The notes beneath the pieces are model-generated. The model was not told the origin of the DNA, searched no databases, and saw nothing but the letters and a program-made list of their open reading frames with translations. Positions 39,911-49,781 of a stretch of DNA of 64,000 nt are shown here, piece after piece. The position numbers were made by a program, and so were the translations under genes. Every line of letters begins with the position of its first letter. Position 1 is the stretch's first letter. Source of the DNA: a virus; IMG/VR virus record IMGVR_UViG_3300008448_000066, positions 4,804-68,803 of that record; one strand, 5' to 3'.

Positions 39911-41407
39911 ATGTCAAGATTTGGTTGGGCTTATGTATCTTCTGTACTGGTTTCTACTGGCTCAGTAGCGAATGGTCCAACTGGATCTTTACAATTTCAC
40001 AATGCTTCTCAAACATTATCTGGTTCTCCAAATTTAACTTACAATGTTTCTAGTGGTCAACTTGTTCTAACTGGAACAATGATTGTTAGTGGTACTTTAT
40101 ACGCAAACGAATATCACACAAATGTAGTATCAGCTTCGATTATTTATAAGTCTGGTTCAACCAAGTTTGGTGACGATGCTGGTGATACACATCAGTTTAC
40201 TGGTAGTGTACTTGGTGATATTGTAAGCGGAACTATAGCGCGTTTTACTACAATATCTGGCTCAAATATTACTGGTACTTTTGCAGGTAATGGAACTAGT
40301 TTAACTGGTTTAACTGCTTCAAATATTTTTAATTTTACAAGTGATGTAAGAGGACAATTTAGTGCAGGAACCGGTATACAAATAAATGCTGGCGTTATTT
40401 CAGCCTCAAGTGTTCCAAATAATTCATTACAAAATAGTTCTCTTGCAATAGGGACTACTTCTATTTCTTTGGGTGCTACTGGTTCAACCATACAAGGTCT
40501 TACAACTTTAACAAGTTCTAATGTAACTGGTACTACCGCACAATTTACAACAATAAGTGCTTCTTTACTATCTGCATCTTCAATTGCTGGATATGCAATA
40601 GGAACCAATGTACAGGCTTATGATGCAACACTTGCAGCAATAGCTGGTGCATCTACCGTTGCTGATACTTATATTTACTTTACAGCTACCGATACAGCAG
40701 CCGTTGGTACGGTTACGTCATTTGCAAGAACCTTATTAGATGACACAAGTAACACTACCGCCAGAACAACACTTGGCTTAGGAACAATAGCAACTCAAGA
40801 TGCTTCAAGTGTTGCAATTACGGGCGGATCAATAAATAGTACTACAATTGGTGCTACAACACAAAGTACTGGACAATTTACTACTTTATCTGCTTCTTCC
40901 ACAATAAGAGCTGGTGGAGCAATAACTGGTTCTGCTGGCCTTAACATATCTGGTGGTCCAACAACAATTGGAGGTGGTGCTGGCAACAATATGACAGTTA
41001 CAACTGCACTTGTTGTTAGTGGACCAACACCAACATTTAGCAGTCCAATAACATCTTCTGGTTTGATAATAACAGGATCTGAAGGATTAACTGTTGCAAG
41101 TTCTTCTTTTTCTTTTAGTTATTTAAACGTTACAACAAATTATACAATGACAACAGCTAGTTGTATAATAGGTGTTTCTGCATCAGCAGCAATCACTTTA
41201 ACTTTACCATCTGCATCTGTAGTAACAGCAGGAAGATATTTTATAATTAAGGATGAAGCTGGTAATAGCGGAACAAACAATATTACAATCAGCTGCTCCG
41301 CTGGTTCTGGTGACACAATTGATAACTTAAGCTCCTCAGTTATAAATGTAAATAACGGCTCTTATACTATCTATCGTGGTGGAGCAAATAGATATTATAT
41401 AGTTTAA
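39911..41407 (+). CDS. Fibre protein (Ser/Thr/Gly-rich)
   Basis: GSTKFGD...DTHQFTGS, IGTNVQAYDATL, ARTTLGLGTIATQ fibre motifs; C-terminal LTLP...IIKDEAGN...DTID domain. Confidence 0.75.
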   Translation: MSRFGWAYVSSVLVSTGSVANGPTGSLQFHNASQTLSGSPNLTYNVSSGQLVLTGTMIVSGTLYANEYHTNVVSASIIYKSGSTKFGDDAGDTHQFTGSVLGDIVSGTIARFTTISGSNITGTFAGNGTSLTGLTASNIFNFTSDVRGQFSAGTGIQINAGVISASSVPNNSLQNSSLAIGTTSISLGATGSTIQGLTTLTSSNVTGTTAQFTTISASLLSASSIAGYAIGTNVQAYDATLAAIAGASTVADTYIYFTATDTAAVGTVTSFARTLLDDTSNTTARTTLGLGTIATQDASSVAITGGSINSTTIGATTQSTGQFTTLSASSTIRAGGAITGSAGLNISGGPTTIGGGAGNNMTVTTALVVSGPTPTFSSPITSSGLIITGSEGLTVASSSFSFSYLNVTTNYTMTTASCIIGVSASAAITLTLPSASVVTAGRYFIIKDEAGNSGTNNITISCSAGSGDTIDNLSSSVINVNNGSYTIYRGGANRYYIV

Positions 41408-41427
41408 TTTTTAATAAGGAATAAGCA

Positions 41428-43941
41428 ATGTCATTTAATACTAACGATAAGTTCAATACATTAAGTGGAACCTTGTTACAAGTTACTACTATTAGCGCGT
41501 CTGCTTTTTCTGCCTCTTCTTTTAGTGCCCCAGTAACGGCTTCAAACATTACAAATTTTACAAACGATGTAAGAGCACAATTCACTCCCGGTACAAACAT
41601 AACTATCGTTGGCGGCGTTATATCAAGTACAGGTGGTGGTGGTGGTGGAACTCCCGGTGGAGCAGACACGCAAGTTCAGTTTAATTCTGGTTCTACCTTT
41701 AGTGGTAGTTCTAATTTAACATATAACTATACGACAAATACATTAAGCGGTACTACTGCACAGTTTACGACTGTTAGTGGTTCAACTATTACTGGATCTA
41801 GTAATTTATTGATCGGTGGTAATACAACAGTTGCAGGTATTTTATCTGGTTCTACAGTTAGCGGTACTTTATCTAGATTTACTACTGTTAACGCTCTTAA
41901 CATTACAAGTTCAATTATTTCCGCTTCATCTACAATACAAGCAGGCGGTGCAATAACTGGTTCTGGTGGTCTTAATATATCTGGTGGTCCAACAACAATT
42001 GCTGGCGGTGCAGGACAAAACTTAACTGTATCAACATCGCTACAAGTAACAGGTCCAACACCAACGTTTAGCAATACTATCACCGCTTCAAGCCCAATTG
42101 TTGGTATTACTGGTACAATAGCTCAATTTGGAATTGTTACTGGTTCAATCGTGACAAGTTCTAATTTTGTAGGTAACGGTGGTAACGTAACAAACATTAC
42201 TGCTTCAAATATAACTAATTTTATAAACGATGTAAGAAATCAATTTACTCAAGGTACTGGTGTTACGATTTCTGCTGGTCAAATATCTTTAACAAATACA
42301 TCAGTTACCGTTGGAACAACTGCTATATCTCTTGGCTCAAGTGCAACTACAATCCAAGGCGTTACTGTTTTAACTGGCTCAACTGTTACAGGTTCTACTG
42401 CTATCTTTACAACCATATCTGGCTCAACTGTTACAGGTTCTGGTAATTTGTTGATTGGTGGAAATGCTACAATAGCTGGTGATTTAACTGTAAGCGGCAC
42501 AATTCAATTAGGCAATGCTACAACTGATACAATAAATGTTAATGGCGATTTAGTTGTTGATGATTTATCTACGTTTACTGGAGCCGCTACATTTCAAAAT
42601 GCTATAAATGTTACTGGTGCTGCTACATTTGCAAGCACTATAAACAATATGACAGTTAGTTCTTCTGGTATCAACACTACAATAGTTGGAACAAATGCTC
42701 TTGTATCTAACACAAGCGGTTTATATAATACAGCGGTTGGTTATCAAGCGTTAAGTAATGTTATTACTTCTGCTTCCAATACCGCTGTTGGATATCTAGC
42801 TTTAGCAGCTTCTACCGCTGCTGAAAACACAGCAGTAGGTGCCGAAGCGTTAAGAAACAACTCCAGTGGTATACAAAATATTGGTATTGGTTTTCAAGCT
42901 TTAAAAACAAATACAACAGAAGATTTTTGTACTGCTATTGGATATCAAGCTTTAAGTGCTTCTAATGCTGCTGATAACATAGCAGTCGGTGCTAGAGCAT
43001 TGTGGAATAATTCTACTGGTATAAGAAATGTTTCAATTGGAAACAGCACTTTAAGAAATAATACTGGTGGAAGTTATAATACAGCAGTTGGTATATTTGC
43101 ATTATCCGCAAGTACTGGCGACGGTAATACTGCCGTTGGAAACGAGGCATTAAGAGCTAATACGTCTGGTGTTGAAAATGTTGCAGTTGGTTTTGAAGCA
43201 TTAAGAACAGTTGTAACTACAAACGGTAGTACTGCTGTTGGATACCAAGCGTTAAGTGCATCAACTGGCACTGGTAATACCGCTTTAGGTTCAAGGGCTG
43301 GAAAAGTAAATGTAACATCAGATTATATTACAGCTGTTGGGTATGGTGCTTTAAGTTCGTCAACTGGTACTGGTAATACTGGTATTGGTGCTTTTGCCGG
43401 TGATAATATCACTTCTGGCATTAACAATACCATGATTGGTTATACTGCTGGTGGTGACACCATGCAAACTGGTTCTAACAATATGGCTCTTGGATTTGCT
43501 GCACCAATGGCAGCAAGCTCTTCTAACGTAATACGTTTAGGTAATTCTTCTATTACAAGATTTGAATGCCAAGTCGCTCTTTCTGTAACATCTGATGAAA
43601 GAGATAAAACAAACATAGTTGATTTACCAGCAGGACTTTCTTTTATAAAAGAAACAAGACCAGTATCATTTACTTGGAATACAAGAAATGGTGGTCTTTC
43701 TGGAATGCAGGACATTGGTTTTATAGCACAAGAACTTGATGCTCTAGAAAAGAAGTATGATTTAGATAGTTCTTTAAATCTTGTATCACCAACACAAGTA
43801 CCAGATACTCTTGGTTTTAATGAAACTAAAATGATTCCAATTGTAGTAAAAGCAATCCAAGAACTTTCTGTTAAAGTTGAAGAATTGAAACAAACAGTGG
43901 AACAACTTAAAGCAGAAATAGAAATTCTTAAAAATCAATAA
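41428..43941 (+). CDS. Fibre/spike protein with NTAVG beta-roll repeats and a C-terminal peptidase S74-type intramolecular chaperone
   Basis: Many NTAVGYQAL-type repeats; SDERDKTNI...RPVSFTW...GFIAQE...VKAIQEL and terminal coiled coil. Confidence 0.85.
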   Translation: MSFNTNDKFNTLSGTLLQVTTISASAFSASSFSAPVTASNITNFTNDVRAQFTPGTNITIVGGVISSTGGGGGGTPGGADTQVQFNSGSTFSGSSNLTYNYTTNTLSGTTAQFTTVSGSTITGSSNLLIGGNTTVAGILSGSTVSGTLSRFTTVNALNITSSIISASSTIQAGGAITGSGGLNISGGPTTIAGGAGQNLTVSTSLQVTGPTPTFSNTITASSPIVGITGTIAQFGIVTGSIVTSSNFVGNGGNVTNITASNITNFINDVRNQFTQGTGVTISAGQISLTNTSVTVGTTAISLGSSATTIQGVTVLTGSTVTGSTAIFTTISGSTVTGSGNLLIGGNATIAGDLTVSGTIQLGNATTDTINVNGDLVVDDLSTFTGAATFQNAINVTGAATFASTINNMTVSSSGINTTIVGTNALVSNTSGLYNTAVGYQALSNVITSASNTAVGYLALAASTAAENTAVGAEALRNNSSGIQNIGIGFQALKTNTTEDFCTAIGYQALSASNAADNIAVGARALWNNSTGIRNVSIGNSTLRNNTGGSYNTAVGIFALSASTGDGNTAVGNEALRANTSGVENVAVGFEALRTVVTTNGSTAVGYQALSASTGTGNTALGSRAGKVNVTSDYITAVGYGALSSSTGTGNTGIGAFAGDNITSGINNTMIGYTAGGDTMQTGSNNMALGFAAPMAASSSNVIRLGNSSITRFECQVALSVTSDERDKTNIVDLPAGLSFIKETRPVSFTWNTRNGGLSGMQDIGFIAQELDALEKKYDLDSSLNLVSPTQVPDTLGFNETKMIPIVVKAIQELSVKVEELKQTVEQLKAEIEILKNQ

Positions 43942-43969
43942 TTAGTCTTTTTCTATCTATTTATAAGTA

Positions 43970-44935
43970 ATGGCAAGAAAAAAGAAAGCTGATACCCAAT
44001 GGGAACAACCAGCTAATCCCCCACCACCGCTATTTACAGGTCAAAAAGAAAAAGACTTTGTAAAACAAGTTAACGATGAACTGATCGAAAGAGTTATAGG
44101 TCAACAAATAGCCTATTTCTCAATCGATGTTGATCGTTCTAATTTTCATCCAATATATGGCGAAGCAATAGAAAAAACATTTCTACCACCAATAAGAGCT
44201 TATGCCCTTGTAAAATGGGAAGGACAAACAAACTTATTCTCAGAAGGAATAGGTATTGATAAAGCAACTTCAATAGAAATTCACTTTCATAAACGTAGAT
44301 TGACAGAAGATCAAGATCTCTACGTTCGCGAAGGTGATTTTGTTTTATATGGCGATAGATACTACGAAATAGTATCAACTTCAGAACCAAAACAATTATT
44401 TGGTCAAGCAGAAAGTAGATTTGAAATTGTAGCTAAATGCATAAGAGCAAGAGACTCTATGTTTGCTCCAAAATTTACTGCTGGTACAGTTCCACAAAGA
44501 AAAGAATACACAACCACCACAACACCAAACGGTGGTGCAAATGGAATTGTAAGACCAAATGGTGGAGCCGGTGGAGGTGCCGTAGGAGCAGGAACATTTA
44601 CAACACTTACAGTAAATGGAATAGCAACATTCAATAGTGCTATGAATTTTGAATCCGTTCTTATATCCTCCAACTATACAGTGTTATCATCAGATTATAT
44701 AATTGGTGTTAATACTTCTGGTGGTCCAATCACAATCACATTACCATTGGTTGCCTCAACAACTTCTGGTAGAACTTTAATTATTAAAGATGAAACAGGA
44801 AACGCAAGCACAAACGCAATAACAGTTAATTGTGCAGGTTCTGACACGATTGATGGAGATAACTCTATATTAATTGACTCTAATCATATAGCAATCGCTA
44901 TTTATTGCACATCTACTGGCTGGCATATTATCTAG
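43970..44935 (+). CDS. Neck/head-closure protein (T4 gp14-like) fused to a C-terminal fibre-type domain
   Basis: ELIERVIGQ...HPIYGEA..K.F.PP...VREGDFV.YG..YYEI; Gly-rich linker; C-terminal ITLP...IIKDETGNA...DTIDG. Confidence 0.7.
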   Translation: MARKKKADTQWEQPANPPPPLFTGQKEKDFVKQVNDELIERVIGQQIAYFSIDVDRSNFHPIYGEAIEKTFLPPIRAYALVKWEGQTNLFSEGIGIDKATSIEIHFHKRRLTEDQDLYVREGDFVLYGDRYYEIVSTSEPKQLFGQAESRFEIVAKCIRARDSMFAPKFTAGTVPQRKEYTTTTTPNGGANGIVRPNGGAGGGAVGAGTFTTLTVNGIATFNSAMNFESVLISSNYTVLSSDYIIGVNTSGGPITITLPLVASTTSGRTLIIKDETGNASTNAITVNCAGSDTIDGDNSILIDSNHIAIAIYCTSTGWHII

Positions 44936-44944
44936 GAATTCCCA

Positions 44945-45517
44945 ATGGCTTACAAGTATATAAAAGGCAAGAATAAGATCCGTGGTGAGCAAACGTTTGT
45001 TGATAACGTTTCTGGATCAACTTACATATCTGCTTCTTATTTTGTAGGTGATGGTTCATTATTAACAAATGTATCTGGTACGGGTGGGGGAACAGCCACT
45101 GGTCAAGGTCCAACAGGTTCTCTACAATTTAAATCTGGATCTTCTGGAGCTATTAGTGGTTCATCAGATTTAGTTTTTGATTATACAATACCAAAGTTTA
45201 CAGTTAATTCTGGTTTCGTTGTTAATAGAACTTCTATTTCTGGCAATGCTTCATTAACAGCAGCACAACATATTATTGGTGTTAATACCGCTGTTTTAAC
45301 TGGGAATGTAACTTTATCTCTTCCAAATGCTTCTTCACTTTCTAATGGTCAAATGTATATTATAAAAGACGAAGGTGGAGAAGCAGATACATATAATATA
45401 ATTATCAGTTGTTCTTCTGGTCAAACAATAGATGGTGCTTCAACTGTTACAATTGAATCTCCTTATGCTGCCGTAAACGTTTATTGCAATGGTAATGATA
45501 AGTATTTTATCTACTAG
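44945..45517 (+). CDS. Short fibre-associated protein
   Basis: ISASYFVGDGS.LTNV, GPTGSLQF and C-terminal LSLP...IIKDEGG...QTIDG domain. Confidence 0.7.
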   Translation: MAYKYIKGKNKIRGEQTFVDNVSGSTYISASYFVGDGSLLTNVSGTGGGTATGQGPTGSLQFKSGSSGAISGSSDLVFDYTIPKFTVNSGFVVNRTSISGNASLTAAQHIIGVNTAVLTGNVTLSLPNASSLSNGQMYIIKDEGGEADTYNIIISCSSGQTIDGASTVTIESPYAAVNVYCNGNDKYFIY

Positions 45518-45633
45518 TTCGCTGTAAGATAAAATTTTAAAAAATAACAAACTATCAATTGAACTAACTATTTATTCTTGAAGCCGCATATTTTTGTATG
45601 TCGGTTGTCAAACAATAAAGGAACTTTTTTAAA

Positions 45634-47286
45634 ATGGCATACAAATTTTCGTTAGGTACATACAGACATTCTGGTTCTCTTGTATCCGAAGAAGCATTGA
45701 CAGTTGATACTGGTGGTTTTACCGTAACCGCTGGTACTACTGCGCTTCAAGGAGTTACATCAACCACTCTATCAGCTTCATCAACATTACAAATTGGTGG
45801 ACAAACTACATTAGGACAAACACTAACAATAACTGGAGGTGGTGCTCAAGTTACAGGTAACGTAGGAACTACTGCTGCATTAACAGTTGGTACTTCTGTT
45901 ACTGCTGGAAACGGCATTACTGCTACATCTGGCGATATAAAAGCATCATCTGGTAAACTTTCATCATCAGTAGGTATTGAAACTGCTGGTAATATTCAAT
46001 CTGCACAAGGGTATACTGCTGCAACTGGCGATATCAAAGCATCATCTGGTAATTTATCAGCTTCAATAGGTGTTCAAACCGCTGGTGGCGTAACTGCTGG
46101 TGGTACTATAGTTGGTGGAACTGTAACTGGTTCAAACGGCCTTCACGCTAATGGTGGTGGTGTAACTGCACAATCTGGTGACATTAAAGCACTTGCTGGT
46201 CAAGTATCGGCATCTACTGGTCTTTCAACTGGAGGTGGCATAACATCTGGTCAAGGTATTACTGCTACAACTGGTGATATTAAAGCACTAGGCGGCTATA
46301 TGACTGCTTCTCTTGGTCTTTTTGTTGGTCAAGCTGGTGGCACACCAGTTGTTCTTGGTGCAGATGGTAGAGTATCTGGCTCTGCTGGTGGTTTATTTGG
46401 TGGTAACTTGACCACTGCTGGTAATGCAACAGTTGCACAACAACTTCGTGTTACTGGTTCTGCATTCTTTAACAATACCATAACTGGTTCAAATACAGCA
46501 ACCTTTGCATCCGTAGTTTCTGATAACGTTGACATAAACGGTGGCGCAATTGATGGAACTACTATTGGTGCTTCATCACAATCATCAGTTAAAGCAACAA
46601 CTTTGTCTGCATCTTCAACATTGATAGTTGATGGCATAACAACTCTTAATAGTGCTTTAACAGTTTCTGCTGGTGGCTTAACAGTTTCATCTGGTGATTC
46701 ATCAGTGCAGAAGCTTACAGTCAATGGAGATTTGATCGTACTTGGTAATACCTTCTCAGCTTCTGTTGGAACAATAGTAGTTGAAGATAAACAATTAGTA
46801 CTTGCAGACGGTGCATCAAGTGCTGCATTGGCTGATGGTGCAGGATTGTTCATAAGCGGTTCCAATATCGAGTGGACATACAAGCAAAACGGTGAAGGCG
46901 ATGCTTCATCATCTGGTAACATCTGGGTTGCTTCTGGTTCAGCTGGTCTTATCGATATTCAAGCTGCAAACTTCTACGGTACACTAGTTGGTTCTATGGC
47001 TGCAACCGTTACCAATATTGGTAATGCAGATGCAACATTAGTAGTTGGTGTAAACTATGGTGACACTAACTTAACTGCTGCTCGTACTTGGACACTTCCA
47101 GCTTCACCAACAGTTGGTCAATCTGTCAAAGTCAAGGCTCCATCAAACTGCGATGCTACAAATTACATCACAATTCAAAGAGCAGGCACGCAAACAATCG
47201 ACGGTGAAACATCAATTAGACTTGAATCAGCATTTGCTGGTGTTGAACTAGTGTACGTTGCATCAAATCTCTGGAGAGTCTTCTAA
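45634..47286 (+). CDS. Fibre protein with internal GDIKA repeats
   Basis: Gly/Thr/Ser-rich; four G.TA..GDIKA..G..SAS.G repeats; VEDKQLVL...DGAGL; C-terminal WTLPASPTVGQSV...QTIDG. Confidence 0.75.
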   Translation: MAYKFSLGTYRHSGSLVSEEALTVDTGGFTVTAGTTALQGVTSTTLSASSTLQIGGQTTLGQTLTITGGGAQVTGNVGTTAALTVGTSVTAGNGITATSGDIKASSGKLSSSVGIETAGNIQSAQGYTAATGDIKASSGNLSASIGVQTAGGVTAGGTIVGGTVTGSNGLHANGGGVTAQSGDIKALAGQVSASTGLSTGGGITSGQGITATTGDIKALGGYMTASLGLFVGQAGGTPVVLGADGRVSGSAGGLFGGNLTTAGNATVAQQLRVTGSAFFNNTITGSNTATFASVVSDNVDINGGAIDGTTIGASSQSSVKATTLSASSTLIVDGITTLNSALTVSAGGLTVSSGDSSVQKLTVNGDLIVLGNTFSASVGTIVVEDKQLVLADGASSAALADGAGLFISGSNIEWTYKQNGEGDASSSGNIWVASGSAGLIDIQAANFYGTLVGSMAATVTNIGNADATLVVGVNYGDTNLTAARTWTLPASPTVGQSVKVKAPSNCDATNYITIQRAGTQTIDGETSIRLESAFAGVELVYVASNLWRVF

Positions 47287-47309
47287 CAGATTTTCTTTGG
47301 ATTTATTTG

Positions 47310-47340
47310 GGGAGAACCTTTCGGGGTTCTCCCTTTTTTA
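47310..47340 (+). terminator. Rho-independent terminator
   Basis: GGGAGAACCT-TTCG-GGGTTCTCCC followed by TTTTTT. Confidence 0.88.
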
Positions 47341-47372
47341 TTATTAAATCTATTTATTGTTGAGGTTATAAA

Positions 47373-49697
47373 ATGGCATACAATTATAATAAAGGTACAC
47401 AAGTAGTTGGTGACATAGTTGGTGCTGATGATTCTAATAGAGATACAAAAATTGATTTTGCAGATAACCAAATAAATCTACAAACTGCTGGTTCTACTGT
47501 AATAGCGGTTAAGTCATCAACTGTAGAGATAACAGGTTCTTTAGTAATAACTGAAGCATCTACTACAAGAAACAATTTGGGACTTGGCGATATAGTAACT
47601 CAAAATTCAAGTTCAGTAACAATTGCTGGTGGCACAATAAACAATACTACAATTGGAGCTACCTCACAAAATTCTGGTAAGTTTACCACCTTGTCTGCTT
47701 CATCAAATTTAAATGTAGCTGGTAATACTGTTCTTGATGGTGCTTTATTTTTTTATGGTAACGGCATTTTTGGCGATGATTCTTCTGATAACATAACTGT
47801 AAATGCAAGAATAACTGGTTCTTTATTTGCTATTAATGGTGGAGCAATAAACAATACAACTATTGGTAACATAACTCCTTCTACAGCAAACTTTACACAA
47901 CTAACTGGTTCTAATGTTTTAGTTGGTTCAACAAGTACAAGCAATATTACTCTTGGTGGTATTTTATATTCAAACAAAACAGGCTCTGCAACAGCACAAG
48001 CAACAAATCCAATTGGTTTATTTTTTAAATCAGATGGTACAATAGCTTATGTTGCAGATATTACTACAAATAAAGTTTTTCAGTATACACTCTCAACAGC
48101 GTGGGACGTATCAACAATGTCCTATGCAAGTAAGACAGCCTCAGTGGCGACCGAAGAATCTGCATTGCAAGACATATTTATTCATCCAGACGGAACTTAT
48201 CTTTATGCAATTGGAACTACTGGCGATGATGTGAATCAATATACTCTTTCAACACCTTGGGACATATCAACAGCTACATTTTTTGGTTCATCATCAGCAA
48301 ACGGATCTGAAGCAACACCAACTGGTTTATTTTTCAAACCAGACGGAACAAGTGTTTTTATAGTAGGTTCAACAACAGACACTGTTAGACAACACGTACT
48401 TGGAACTGCTTGGGACGTTAGAACAATGTCTGTTTCTGCTTTAAACAGTTATTCTGTTAGTGCTCAAGAAGGTAGTCCTTCTGGTGTTTCCTTTTCATCT
48501 GATGGTAAGAAAATGTTCTTAGTTGGTGGAACAGTAGGTGTTAGAACTGTGTATGAATATTTGTTGCCTACTGCTTGGAATTTAAGTTCCATATCAAAAG
48601 TAGTACCACACGACTTGTCAAGCACTGCTTTGTTATCAAACTCTGTTATTACTTGTTTATTTTTAAAAGAAGATGGAACAAGCTTTTATGTCATAAATAA
48701 CATCGGTGACACAGTAATACAATATCAAACAATAACAAGTTCTTTTCAAGTTTATGATGCTCCTATTCAATTAGTAGAAGGAATGACTGCGTTTGGAGCA
48801 GTTGCAGCACCCTCAATATCTACTACAACATTGAAAGCAAGTGCTGCCACATTTAATACTATTTCCAATACATCAACAATAACTTCTGTTGGAACTATAT
48901 CTGGCTCTTCTACTTTATTAGTTGGTGGAGCCATAACTGGTTCTAATGCTTTATTGTCTGGTGCTTTAACGATTAGACAGCAAGATTCTTCAAATGGATT
49001 TGGTGTTAGATTTTTTCAAACTGGTTCTACCACAAATCATTGGGATATTTATATAAATGCTAACAACGATTTAAGATTTTTATATAATGATAATTTATCC
49101 TTTGGTGGATTCTTGGATGATGCAGCAAACGTAGCTGCCATTGACTTCACAGGACAACACAGAAATATTGTTGATGTTACAGAACAAAATAGTTTACAAG
49201 ATAAAATTGGTATGATTGTTGTTTCTGCTGGAAGTTATATAAATTCTGATATGACACAAAAACCAAGTATAAACGAATCTTTGCCAACAATTAAACTATC
49301 TTCTCAAAGAAATGAAAAATCTGTATGGGGTGTTGTATCAAACTTAGAAGATCCAAATGATCTAAGTAGACAGTATAGAATTGGTATATTCGTTTCAGTT
49401 CTTCCAAAGCAAGCAAATGATGATAATCGCGTTGTAGTTAATTCTATTGGCGAAGGTGCTATTTGGGTATGTAATGCAAACGGGAACCTTCAGAACGGAG
49501 ATTATATAACAACTTGTGAAGTTCCCGGCCTTGGAATGAAGCAAGATAGTGAGTTTTTGGCTAACTATACAGTAGCAAAGATTACACAAGACTGTGATTT
49601 TGATTTAAATAATTCAAATTATGATTGCGTAGAATTCGTTCACAACGGTACGACATACAGAAAAGCTTTCGTTGGCTGCACATATCATTGTGGATAA
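47373..49697 (+). CDS. Fibre/spike with beta-propeller repeats and a C-terminal autoproteolytic chaperone-like domain (peptidase G2-like)
   Basis: About five GLFFKPDGT...QYTLSTPWDIST repeats; FTGQH...GEGAIWV...NGDYITT...YTVAKIT...GCTYHCG. Confidence 0.75.
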   Translation: MAYNYNKGTQVVGDIVGADDSNRDTKIDFADNQINLQTAGSTVIAVKSSTVEITGSLVITEASTTRNNLGLGDIVTQNSSSVTIAGGTINNTTIGATSQNSGKFTTLSASSNLNVAGNTVLDGALFFYGNGIFGDDSSDNITVNARITGSLFAINGGAINNTTIGNITPSTANFTQLTGSNVLVGSTSTSNITLGGILYSNKTGSATAQATNPIGLFFKSDGTIAYVADITTNKVFQYTLSTAWDVSTMSYASKTASVATEESALQDIFIHPDGTYLYAIGTTGDDVNQYTLSTPWDISTATFFGSSSANGSEATPTGLFFKPDGTSVFIVGSTTDTVRQHVLGTAWDVRTMSVSALNSYSVSAQEGSPSGVSFSSDGKKMFLVGGTVGVRTVYEYLLPTAWNLSSISKVVPHDLSSTALLSNSVITCLFLKEDGTSFYVINNIGDTVIQYQTITSSFQVYDAPIQLVEGMTAFGAVAAPSISTTTLKASAATFNTISNTSTITSVGTISGSSTLLVGGAITGSNALLSGALTIRQQDSSNGFGVRFFQTGSTTNHWDIYINANNDLRFLYNDNLSFGGFLDDAANVAAIDFTGQHRNIVDVTEQNSLQDKIGMIVVSAGSYINSDMTQKPSINESLPTIKLSSQRNEKSVWGVVSNLEDPNDLSRQYRIGIFVSVLPKQANDDNRVVVNSIGEGAIWVCNANGNLQNGDYITTCEVPGLGMKQDSEFLANYTVAKITQDCDFDLNNSNYDCVEFVHNGTTYRKAFVGCTYHCG

Positions 49698-49740
49698 AAC
49701 ATAATATATTGAATATTTGGGATTTTTCTAAATATCCCCA

Positions 49741-49747
49741 CTATTTA
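49741..49747 (+). promoter_or_regulatory. CTATTTA putative late promoter for the scaffold-capsid operon
   Basis: Intergenic copy upstream of the GGAG SD and ATG 49782. Confidence 0.6.
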
Positions 49748-49781
49748 TTTTTGATTACATATCATTATTGGAGTATTATTA

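Noticed and set aside
42670-43560. CRISPR-like or non-coding tandem repeats
   Set aside because: The periodicity comes from in-frame, degenerate NTAVG protein repeats; there are no identical repeats with unique spacers.
39911-49697. Diversity-generating retroelement or invertible fibre cassette
   Set aside because: There is no reverse transcriptase or invertase in the window. The repeated modules differ at all base types rather than only at adenines, and all are in the same orientation.
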